64,000 nucleotides of DNA from Candidatus Zipacnadia bacterium (GTDB taxonomy: Bacteria; Armatimonadota; Zipacnadia; Zipacnadales; UBA5352), in the NCBI GenBank assembly GCA_029821635.1, contig JALGSW010000003.1, forward strand, positions 7,650-71,649, written 5' to 3'. The first letter of the stretch is position 1. The number at the start of each line of letters is the position of its first letter. The translations under genes were made by a program, and so were the position numbers. Positions 37,876 through 45,956 of this stretch are shown here, piece by piece. The notes beneath the pieces were generated by a model. That model was not told the DNA's origin. It was given only the letters and a program-made list of their open reading frames with translations, and did no database searches.

Positions 37876-39228
37876 TTACTCGATCAGCCGGGCGGCGTTC
37901 GCGTATCGCTCACGCACCACGGTCAGCGTCTGCTCGGCATGCCGCCTGAGCATCGCCACCACGGCGCCGACGTCGAGCCCCGCCGCATGCAGCGACAGCA
38001 GGCCCGGCTGCGACACCAGCACCTCCGCGTCGGTCTGCCGCGATATCTGCTCCGCCTGGCGCAGGATGTCCACAAGGTTCCCGTAGGCGTCGGTACCCAC
38101 GTAGTCCCCGGGCCGCGCGAGCACATCCACCATGTGCGCCTCCTCCGGCAGCTCCGCCCAGGCCATGCCGATCTGCCGTAGCAGGCACGGGACGCACCCC
38201 CCGCACTGGCGATTCGCCCGCCCAACGGCCCAGCACGAGGCCGTGCGCTGAATCTCCTGCGCGGACAGGTTCGGCGCGAGGACGTCCCGAATCAGCTCGG
38301 CCTTCGTCTGGTAGACGAACGGGTTAAGCAGGCGCGCCCTCATGCCCGCGGCTTCGGCGACGCGGTTCATCAGGGCAAGGGCCAGAGGGTGCGTGGAATG
38401 GGTTGACATGCTCCCGGCTCGCGCCGCCGAGAACGGCAAGCCCGCCGTGAGCACGCCGTTCTCACACATGTACGCCTCATCAACCCCCGCCGCCTCGGCT
38501 GTGGTCAGCGCCAGTGCCATGAACAGCAGCGACCGGCAGCGCCGCGATGGCTCGCGGTCCTCCGGCGCCGGGAAGGGCAGCGCTCCCTCGCCACGCGGGT
38601 CGGTCTCCACGTCGCAGGGCCGCGCGGTCCACGCTCCCGGCCAATGCGCCTCGATCGCCGCCAGCGTCGATTGCTGCGCGGTTCGGACGGCCGGGTTGCC
38701 CGAGCGGTGCAGGCTGTAGATCGGCCGCCGACCCGTCTGCTGGAGCATCACCGCCCCAGCCAGTGAGTCGAGGCCGCCCGACAGCATGCTGACGCAGTCG
38801 GGATGCAGACCGGATGGCACCGCTTCGGCCGCCGGGCCCGCTGTAGCAGGCGCATCGTCCGCGTAGAAGCTCAGTCGGACGGTGTCTCGTGTGAGCTCGT
38901 AGAGGAGCCGATGCAGATCGACCGTCAGCCCGCTCCACAGCTCTACATCGCGCACGGGGATCGCCAGCTCGAAGGTCCTCGGCCACTGCTCCCGCTCCCC
39001 GCGCTTGACCGCGATGTCCGCGGCGTAGAGTGCGGTCGTGATGTCCAGCAGGTCCTGCGCTGCCGAGGGGAGTTCAGGCTCTCCCGGGGCACGCACCGCG
39101 CCGAGCTCCGCCGAAACGTTGGCGCGGTCGCCGTGCCAGGCAATCAGCAGGTCGGCGGGAGCCCCCGTCCGGCTCCGCTGGGCAACTCCGTCCGGGGAGC
39201 CATGGATGACCACGATTCGGGAGGGCAT
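37876..39228 (-). CDS. QueC-like (7-cyano-7-deazaguanine synthase superfamily) protein, QatC-like
   Basis: N-terminal extension DLLDITTALYAADIAVKRG...WPRTFELAIPV. LSGGLDS PP-loop, RCRSLLF, ENG...STHSTHP, TKAE, and Zn site SCW-x7-CGGCVPCLLR. Confidence 0.85.
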   Translation of the reverse strand: MPSRIVVIHGSPDGVAQRSRTGAPADLLIAWHGDRANVSAELGAVRAPGEPELPSAAQDLLDITTALYAADIAVKRGEREQWPRTFELAIPVRDVELWSGLTVDLHRLLYELTRDTVRLSFYADDAPATAGPAAEAVPSGLHPDCVSMLSGGLDSLAGAVMLQQTGRRPIYSLHRSGNPAVRTAQQSTLAAIEAHWPGAWTARPCDVETDPRGEGALPFPAPEDREPSRRCRSLLFMALALTTAEAAGVDEAYMCENGVLTAGLPFSAARAGSMSTHSTHPLALALMNRVAEAAGMRARLLNPFVYQTKAELIRDVLAPNLSAQEIQRTASCWAVGRANRQCGGCVPCLLRQIGMAWAELPEEAHMVDVLARPGDYVGTDAYGNLVDILRQAEQISRQTDAEVLVSQPGLLSLHAAGLDVGAVVAMLRRHAEQTLTVVRERYANAARLIE

Positions 39229-39230
39229 TC

Positions 39231-40007
39231 TCAGAGTCCCCCCGCCCCGAGCCGATCAAGGCCCCGCCCGACGCCCGCCGCCATGATCGGCGACAGTGTC
39301 TCGACCCGGCCGCGCGGCGACAGCTCGACCACCGCACCGAGGTCATCCTCGAACGCGTCGAGTGCGAGCCGCTCCCAGGCTTGCCGGCAGTGCGCCGCGA
39401 CAGCGTCTTCGAGTCGGTTCGCGTGGCTCACCGACGGGATGCCCTCGCCACCGATGAAGTCGCCGACATCGCGCGCCACGAAGTAGCGGAAAGTCCTGTC
39501 GAGGTCGTGGCCCACGAAGAGCGCCGCCGCCTCGTGCAACCGCCGTTCGCGGCCGAAGCGGGCGAAGTTCTCCTCCGCTACTGACAGCGGCAGCTCCATG
39601 ATGCCTGCGCCAGAGGTGGAGAGCGTCGCGATGGCCAGCGCCGCTGTGCCGACGGCCTCCAGGGCGAGGTCGCCGAAGCGAGATGCGAAGCCCTCGGCGG
39701 CGATCACCTCCTCGGCGCGTCCGCGCAGCCCGGCGGCCATCTGCACCGCCGCGGGCGCGAGGCCGACTCCGAGGCCCTGCAACGTGGCGCCCATCCCCAC
39801 CTTCTGCACACGCTGCACGCCCGCGATCACGGTGCCAAGGCACGTGGCTGCGGCCGAATCGCCCATGCCTGCGCGCGTCTCGGGCTCAAGCGCCGCGACG
39901 ATGCGTGCGACCACCTCACGTGGCGAGGGGTCGGGCTGCGCGTACAGCTCGCGCACCCGCTTCCAGGCCTCCGTCTCAGGCGATCTGTGCCACGTCGATG
40001 TTCCCAT
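39231..40007 (-). CDS. QatB-like partner protein with MGTS N-terminus
   Basis: Begins MGTSTWHRSP and is predicted all-helical. Its stop is 2 nt before the QueC-like start. Confidence 0.65.
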   Translation of the reverse strand: MGTSTWHRSPETEAWKRVRELYAQPDPSPREVVARIVAALEPETRAGMGDSAAATCLGTVIAGVQRVQKVGMGATLQGLGVGLAPAAVQMAAGLRGRAEEVIAAEGFASRFGDLALEAVGTAALAIATLSTSGAGIMELPLSVAEENFARFGRERRLHEAAALFVGHDLDRTFRYFVARDVGDFIGGEGIPSVSHANRLEDAVAAHCRQAWERLALDAFEDDLGAVVELSPRGRVETLSPIMAAGVGRGLDRLGAGGL

Positions 40008-40173
40008 GGTCTCGCATCCGCCCGGTGTGAGCCGCGGTCATCTCCGCCGCCGGCGCGGCCCCATCAGGACCTCCCCCGCGTCAACCTTCGTCCGGCCCGA
40101 TGGGTGCTGCACGACACGTCGTTCGCCGCGCCTGGGCGGTCCACCTCCGACCTTCGCCCGATGCCCCTCGACG

Positions 40174-40239
40174 TTGACAGCGGGCGCATGGCGATGGTAT
40201 CATGCCCCGGTCGAGGGGGTGAGTAGTCAACAACTCACC
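40174..40239 (+). promoter_or_regulatory. sigma70-type promoter and downstream palindrome upstream of wzc
   Basis: TTGACA (40174)-18 bp-TATCAT (40198) with an extended TG. Palindrome GGTGAGT-N8-ACTCACC at 40218-40239. Confidence 0.65.
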
Positions 40240-40261
40240 TACAACGCATCAGGACTCGCGG

Positions 40262-42514
40262 GTGGCACGCGTGGCGGCTGAAGAGATCAAGCCTCGACAC
40301 TTGGGCCTTCCGGATTACATCCGGATCCTGTCCAAGCGCAAGTGGTTCATCCTCGTCGTCACCGCGGTGGCGACACTCGTGGGAGGGCTCTACGCCCTCT
40401 CAAGCGAGCGCGTGTACGAGGCAACTGCGCTCGTGATGATCAAGCAGCGCCCGCAGGGCTTCTTCTGGGTCACCGGCGCGGAAGCCAACATGGCGCCCAA
40501 CGTCGCCATGCAGACCTACGCTCGCATCGTCCGCAGCAGTGCCGTCACCGACCTCGCCGTCGATCACCTCCAGAACCTTCCCAGCGAGGCACGCATCATC
40601 GCCACCTCCGGCGAGATAAAGAGCACGCTCAGCGTTGGCGTCATCGAGCCCGACCTGCTGCGCATCGACGCCACCTCCCCCGACGAGCGCAAGGCGCGCT
40701 ACTTCGCCAACTACGCCGCCATGGCGTTCGTCGACGTCAACACCGAGGACCGCCAGGCCGAGAGCACGACCGCTCGCGAGTTCCTCGAGACGCAGGTTGC
40801 CGCGTACGAGGACGATCTCGAACAGATCATCCAACAGATGACGACGCTCGCGCGCCAGTCGGGCTTTGTGGACATCGACTCCGAGATCACTCAGGCTGTC
40901 AACAGCCTCGCCTCCTACCAGGACCAGCAACGCTTGGCGCAGCGGGACTTGCTTGCCGCCGAGGCCCGCCTGCAGGAACTGGAGGCCGTGCGGGCAGACC
41001 AGGGCGACGTGCTGGTCGGTGAAGCCGTCGTGCCCAACCCGGAGTGGCAGGCCCTGCAGAACACGCTCATCTCCACCCGCCTCGAGCTTCAGAGGCTGCA
41101 ATCGCAGTACACCGACGGTCACCCGCTCGTGCTTGACCAGCGCGCGCTGGCCAGTGATCTCGAGCAGCGCATGGCGAACACGCCGCAACTGATCGACGCC
41201 GAATCGGCCAGGGCGAATCCGGCCACCGCGGGTATCGAGAACGAGATCAAGTCCGCTCGCCTCGCGATCGAGGAAGCACAGGCGCGTATCGGCGCCGCGG
41301 GAGGCGTGCTGGGTACCATCCGCGATCAGATCCGCGACCTCCCCGAAGCGCGACAGCAGTGGCAGTCACTCACCGACCGCCTCAATGCCGCGCGCGACGC
41401 CTATCTGAGCCTGCAGCGCGAACTGCGCCAGGCCCGCCTCGCCGAGGCCATCTCAGCCAAGCAGGGCAACGCGCAGGTCGTCGATCGGGCCGAAGATGCC
41501 AGAGAGATCCAGGCCTCGCTGAGCCGCTCGCTCGTCTTCGCAGGCGCCCTGGGGTTGTTCGTCGGCCTCTCGCTGGCGGTCCTCCTCGAGGCCCTCGACG
41601 ACACCATCTACTCCGTCGAGGACCTCCAGCGCGTCACCGACCTCTACCTGCTCGGGATCATTCCGCTGCGCTCCGACGAGGCCGGGCCGCTCGTCACCAT
41701 CGATGCGCCCAAGAGCCCGCCGGCTGAAGCTTACAGGACTCTGCGTAGCAACATACGGTTCTCGCTCTTCGACCGGCCCGCCACAACCTTCCTCGTCACC
41801 AGCGCGGGCTCCGGTGAGGGTAAGTCCGTCACCGCCGCCAACCTCGCGGTCGCCCATGCGCAGAGCGGTGTCTCCGTCATCCTCGTTGACACCGACCTGC
41901 GGCGGCCGGTCATGCACAGGCTCTTCGAAGTCGATACCGAGGTCGGCGTGACCAACGTCGTCGTCGGCGATCTGGACGTCGCCGGCGCGCTTTCAGACAC
42001 CGAGGTCCCGGGCCTCAGGCTGCTCACCAGCGGCCCGCTGCCCCCGAACCCCGCGGAGTTGCTGGAATCCGAACAGATGTCGCGGATGATCGAGCAACTG
42101 ACCGAACTGGCCGATCTCGTCATCTTCGACTCTCCGCCCGCCGTCATGCTGACCGATGCGACCATCCTCGCGTCGAAGCTCGACCGCACCATCGTCGTGG
42201 CCGAGTCGGGGCAGATTACCGAACGCGCCCTATCGGACGTAGAACGCCTCTTCCGCCACGCGCGTGCCGACATCCTCGGCATCGTGCTCAACAAGCTGCG
42301 CGTGACGGGCGGCGACTATTACTACTATTACTACTATTACTACTACGACTACGCGGCCAAGCCCAACGGTAACGACAATGGGGACACTGTACCCGCCGAC
42401 AGCGCGGACCTGACCGTCATGCCTCGCACCGGGCGCGAGGCCGACCAGCACGCGCAGGACCTCACCGACCTGAACGCCCCCACCGACCGGCCACCTGACG
42501 ACTCAGACTTCTGA
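40262..42514 (+). CDS. wzc: Polysaccharide co-polymerase / BY-kinase (Wzc-like tyrosine autokinase)
   Basis: Two TM helices flanking a coiled coil, AEAYRTLRSN, Walker A SAGSGEGKS, A' LVDTDLRRP, B IFDSPP, C-terminal Tyr cluster. Confidence 0.92.
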   Translation: MARVAAEEIKPRHLGLPDYIRILSKRKWFILVVTAVATLVGGLYALSSERVYEATALVMIKQRPQGFFWVTGAEANMAPNVAMQTYARIVRSSAVTDLAVDHLQNLPSEARIIATSGEIKSTLSVGVIEPDLLRIDATSPDERKARYFANYAAMAFVDVNTEDRQAESTTAREFLETQVAAYEDDLEQIIQQMTTLARQSGFVDIDSEITQAVNSLASYQDQQRLAQRDLLAAEARLQELEAVRADQGDVLVGEAVVPNPEWQALQNTLISTRLELQRLQSQYTDGHPLVLDQRALASDLEQRMANTPQLIDAESARANPATAGIENEIKSARLAIEEAQARIGAAGGVLGTIRDQIRDLPEARQQWQSLTDRLNAARDAYLSLQRELRQARLAEAISAKQGNAQVVDRAEDAREIQASLSRSLVFAGALGLFVGLSLAVLLEALDDTIYSVEDLQRVTDLYLLGIIPLRSDEAGPLVTIDAPKSPPAEAYRTLRSNIRFSLFDRPATTFLVTSAGSGEGKSVTAANLAVAHAQSGVSVILVDTDLRRPVMHRLFEVDTEVGVTNVVVGDLDVAGALSDTEVPGLRLLTSGPLPPNPAELLESEQMSRMIEQLTELADLVIFDSPPAVMLTDATILASKLDRTIVVAESGQITERALSDVERLFRHARADILGIVLNKLRVTGGDYYYYYYYYYYDYAAKPNGNDNGDTVPADSADLTVMPRTGREADQHAQDLTDLNAPTDRPPDDSDF
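42317..42352 (+). repeat. TAY codon run encoding Y10-D-Y
   Basis: tat tac tac tat tac tac tat tac tac tac gac tac. Confidence 0.95.
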
Positions 42515-42636
42515 CCCTCGTTCCGCCACGCAGGAATCCCGTCCGCCGGGAGGAATACCCACGTACACTCGCACCGCACGCCGGATCTGGTTTGCGGCCG
42601 CGTCCGCACTCGCATCCGACAGAGGAGGCGTCCCTC

Positions 42637-44820
42637 ATGCTATCCGCCAGCCGTCTCGCTCTGGCAGCAGTCATCGCCGGCCTGATGATTACCGTCTTCT
42701 GTGGCTGCAACGGTGACGAGGACAATACCGAGCCCGCGGTGGAGGTCGCTGACTCGCCCGTGCAGCAGTCCGCCGCCGTGCCCGAGCGCTTCCGGGTCAA
42801 CATCACGCCCGCCGCTGAGGCCTACGAGATCCCCCGCGACCTCGGCACTGTCCGCAACCTCGACTACTACGCTGATCTCACCGAGCGGCAGAAGCGACAG
42901 CTTGCCTCCGTCGGCTTCGTCGTCGCGCCCGACGAGGCCGAGCAGATGTTCATGCTCTACGAGGACTACGCCGAGACGGACGATGCCGCGAACTTCATCA
43001 CCGTTGACTCGCTCCTGCAGGCGTGGCACGTCTTCTTCGACTTCAGCCTGCGCACCCTCGAGGCCGACCAGCTCGCGCCACTCGCCCTTCAGATGACCCA
43101 GGCGCTGCTGCAGGACGCAGCCGCCCAGGTCGAGCAGGCTCCCGAGGGCGCCCTCCGTGACGCCGCCACCCGCGACCTCGCCTACCTCGCGATCGCACAG
43201 CAACTGCTCGATCCGGCCGCCACCGCACCCGATGCGGTCACTGAGGTCGTGGGCGAGGAGATCGCGCTGATCGGCGCCCATGCGGGCCGCGCGCAGTCGC
43301 CGCTGCTCGGCACCACCATCCACTACTCGCAGTTCAACCCGCGGGGCCACTACACCCGCAGCGAGGAGCTCGGGCGCTACTTCCGCGCGATGATGTGGTA
43401 CGGGCTCGTCGGCCTGAACCTGGAGAGCGGCACGCCCGAGATCGACCGAGCACAGACACTCCAGGCGCTGCTGCTCACGAAGCTGCTCGCCGAGGATGAG
43501 GCCGCCCGCTCCTCGTGGGAGCGTCTCGCGAGGCCGATCGACTTCTTCGTCGGCGGCGCCGACGACCTCGGCTTTGAGCAGTACCTGCCGGTCGCCCGCG
43601 AGGTCTTCGGCGAGGCACTCCCGCTGGAGCAACTCGCCGATGGTGCGAAGCTTGACGAGTTCCTCGCGCGCGCGAGGGAGGAGCTCCCCGCGCCGCAGAT
43701 CGCGCCGTTCTTCCACGAGGCCGACGCTGCCGGGAACCTGGTCGGGAAGCCGAAGCTTCAGGGCCGCCAGTTCCGCCTCCTCGGGCAGCGCTTCATCCCC
43801 GATTCGTGGGTGATGCAGCAGCTCGTCTCGCCGCTCGTGGGCGAGCCGGGGCCGACGACTGCGCGTGACGTGCCGATGGGCCTCGACGTGATGGCGGCAC
43901 TGGGCTCGGAGCGCGCCCGTGAGATCCTCACCAAGCGGTACGATCAGGACCGCTTCATCAACTACGATTCGCAGCTCGGCGCCGTCACCGCGCAGATGGA
44001 TCAGACCGGCGAGGATACCTGGCGCTCCAACATGTACTGGGGCTGGCTGTACTCCCTCCGGCCGCTGCTCGAGGTGCCGGGCGTCGGCTACCCGACCTTC
44101 ATGCAGAACACCGAGTGGCTCGACAAGGAGTTGAACACCTCGCTCGGGAGCTGGGCCGAACTGCGGCACGACACGGTGCTCTACGCCAAGCAGTCCGGCG
44201 CGGAGATGGGCGCCGGGCCGATGGGCGCGCCGAAGGGCTACGTCGAGCCCTACCCGGAGGTGTTCGCGCGGCTCGCCTGGCTGGCCTGGCACTCGCGCGA
44301 GATGCTCTCGGCGCAGGCGCTGCTGCCCGCGCGGCTCGATGAACCCTACCGCAAGCTCGAGGAGACGCTGCTGTTCCTCAAGGGCATCGCGGAGAAGGAG
44401 CTCACCGGCATGCCGCGAACCGCCGAGGAGTATGATCGCATCCAGTACTTCGGTGGCGAACTCGAGCGGCTGACTCTCAGTGTGGTCGAGGGCGGCGAGG
44501 GCGCCGGCAACTGGTTCAGCATCCAGAACGAGACCGACCGCAACATGGCCGCCATCGCCGACGTGCACAGCTTCTTCGACCAGGTGCTGGAGGTCGGCGT
44601 CGGTCCCGCCTACCGCATCTATGTGGTCGTCCCGCACCCCGATGGCGGGCTGCAGATCGCCCGGGGCGGCTGCTTCAGCTACTGGGAGTTTGCCTGGCCG
44701 GCCTCAGATCGACTCACCGATGAGAAGTGGCAGGCGATCCTCAGGAGCGGGGATGCCCCGCCGCGACCCGACTGGACCGAGAGCTTCATCATCCCCGGGG
44801 GAGAGACGCACCAGCCGTAG
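42637..44820 (+). CDS. DUF3160-like lipoprotein
   Basis: Leader ending CGC, FITVDSLL, YSQFNPRGHYT, YFRAMMWYG, QRFIPDS, LGSWAELRHDTVLYAKQ, GYVEP, LTDEKW. GAGGAGG RBS. Confidence 0.85.
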   Translation: MLSASRLALAAVIAGLMITVFCGCNGDEDNTEPAVEVADSPVQQSAAVPERFRVNITPAAEAYEIPRDLGTVRNLDYYADLTERQKRQLASVGFVVAPDEAEQMFMLYEDYAETDDAANFITVDSLLQAWHVFFDFSLRTLEADQLAPLALQMTQALLQDAAAQVEQAPEGALRDAATRDLAYLAIAQQLLDPAATAPDAVTEVVGEEIALIGAHAGRAQSPLLGTTIHYSQFNPRGHYTRSEELGRYFRAMMWYGLVGLNLESGTPEIDRAQTLQALLLTKLLAEDEAARSSWERLARPIDFFVGGADDLGFEQYLPVAREVFGEALPLEQLADGAKLDEFLARAREELPAPQIAPFFHEADAAGNLVGKPKLQGRQFRLLGQRFIPDSWVMQQLVSPLVGEPGPTTARDVPMGLDVMAALGSERAREILTKRYDQDRFINYDSQLGAVTAQMDQTGEDTWRSNMYWGWLYSLRPLLEVPGVGYPTFMQNTEWLDKELNTSLGSWAELRHDTVLYAKQSGAEMGAGPMGAPKGYVEPYPEVFARLAWLAWHSREMLSAQALLPARLDEPYRKLEETLLFLKGIAEKELTGMPRTAEEYDRIQYFGGELERLTLSVVEGGEGAGNWFSIQNETDRNMAAIADVHSFFDQVLEVGVGPAYRIYVVVPHPDGGLQIARGGCFSYWEFAWPASDRLTDEKWQAILRSGDAPPRPDWTESFIIPGGETHQP

Positions 44821-44862
44821 CCCGAACACCGGGGCCTACCGACCGTCCGCAGGAGGGCTGAG

Positions 44863-45504
44863 ATGAGCGAACAGCAGGACATTGATGCTATCTGGCAACA
44901 GGCGCGCGAGAAGCTGCTCGAGGACATGGGCGACTTCAACCGCAGTCTCTGGGATGCGGCGAACTCCGCTGAGGCTCTGATGATGGACGACGAGACCTTC
45001 GTCATCGGCATTCCCCCCGGCAAGATGGGCCTGGGCAGCCATCTGACGAGCACCGCGAACGGTCCGCTCGTGCGCGCGTGCGTCGAGGCCGTGGTCGGAC
45101 GCCCGATCAGGGTCGATCTCGTCGAAGGCACCGGACCTGATGCGTGGGAAAGCGAGAAGAAGCGGCGCGAGGTCCGCGAGCAGATGGCGGCGCGCCAGCA
45201 GGAGGTCGTTCGCGAGACGGCCGGGGCCCGGGCGATCTGGGGCACGCTCTACGAGGACGTCGGGCGGCTCTTCGGCAGCGTCCGCGAACGGCGTTTCCCG
45301 GTGGTACGCGCGGGCATGTTCGCGAAGGCGCTGCTTGCCATGCGCGACGCCGAGACGAGGGCGGTGGAGGAGGAGCCGGACGCGGAGCAGTTCCACGAGG
45401 AGCAGCTCAACCGCAACGTCTCACGCATCGCCACGCTGGCCGACCTGCCCGAGACGATGGTCGCGGTCGAGTACCTGCGCGTCCGCCGCATGAAGAAGGA
45501 CTGA
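44863..45504 (+). CDS. Hypothetical protein with DnaA domain-I-like N-terminal region
   Basis: IWQQAREKL...SLWDA...DDETFVIGIP...LVRACVEAVVGRPIRVDL, followed by a charged helical C-terminus. AGGAGG RBS. Confidence 0.7.
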   Translation: MSEQQDIDAIWQQAREKLLEDMGDFNRSLWDAANSAEALMMDDETFVIGIPPGKMGLGSHLTSTANGPLVRACVEAVVGRPIRVDLVEGTGPDAWESEKKRREVREQMAARQQEVVRETAGARAIWGTLYEDVGRLFGSVRERRFPVVRAGMFAKALLAMRDAETRAVEEEPDAEQFHEEQLNRNVSRIATLADLPETMVAVEYLRVRRMKKD

Positions 45505-45511
45505 AGCGATC

Positions 45512-45546
45512 GGCGGGGCCGGGCTCCGCGTGCGCCCGGCCCCGCC
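45512..45546. terminator. Hairpin between convergent genes (bidirectional terminator candidate)
   Basis: GGCGGGGCCGGG/CCCGGCCCCGCC 12-bp stem. Confidence 0.6.
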
Positions 45547-45553
45547 GCCACTC

Positions 45554-45892
45554 TCACTTCATGCACGCAACTCGGCCGCTCCCGTCCACGCTGAAGTGAT
45601 TGCGCACGCAGTTGCAGCAGACGCCCTTGTTGCCGCACGGCTCCCAGGTGCACACGCAGGACTCGAGGTTGCGCTCCTGGTTGGTCGCGCACGACTTCGC
45701 CGCCTGATCGCCGAGGCCCATCGTCCCCGGGCCGCGCTCGGTGCCTCTCATGCACGAGACCTTGCTGCCCTTCGCTGCGTGTGCCTGCAGGCACACGCAG
45801 CAGATACCGCGGTTCTCACAGTTCTCCGCCGTGCACGGGCACATCTGCAGGTTGATCGCGTAGTTCACGCACTCCTCGCGCATCGTCGCCAT
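45554..45892 (-). CDS. Small Cys-rich protein with an internally duplicated DUF6485-like domain
   Basis: GGAGGAG RBS. 112 aa with 16 Cys in two repeats of C-x9/10-CxC-x4-C-x5-CCxC-x3-H-x8/10-C. Confidence 0.8.
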   Translation of the reverse strand: MATMREECVNYAINLQMCPCTAENCENRGICCVCLQAHAAKGSKVSCMRGTERGPGTMGLGDQAAKSCATNQERNLESCVCTWEPCGNKGVCCNCVRNHFSVDGSGRVACMK

Positions 45893-45956
45893 TGCGTCGC
45901 TCCTCCGCCGGACCCGCCATGATCGGCTAAAGTTAGTCGGAGGCTCATTCTCCGGC

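Noticed and set aside
40204-40262. Possible ops/JUMPstart element before wzc
   Set aside because: No GGCGGTAG-type consensus found.
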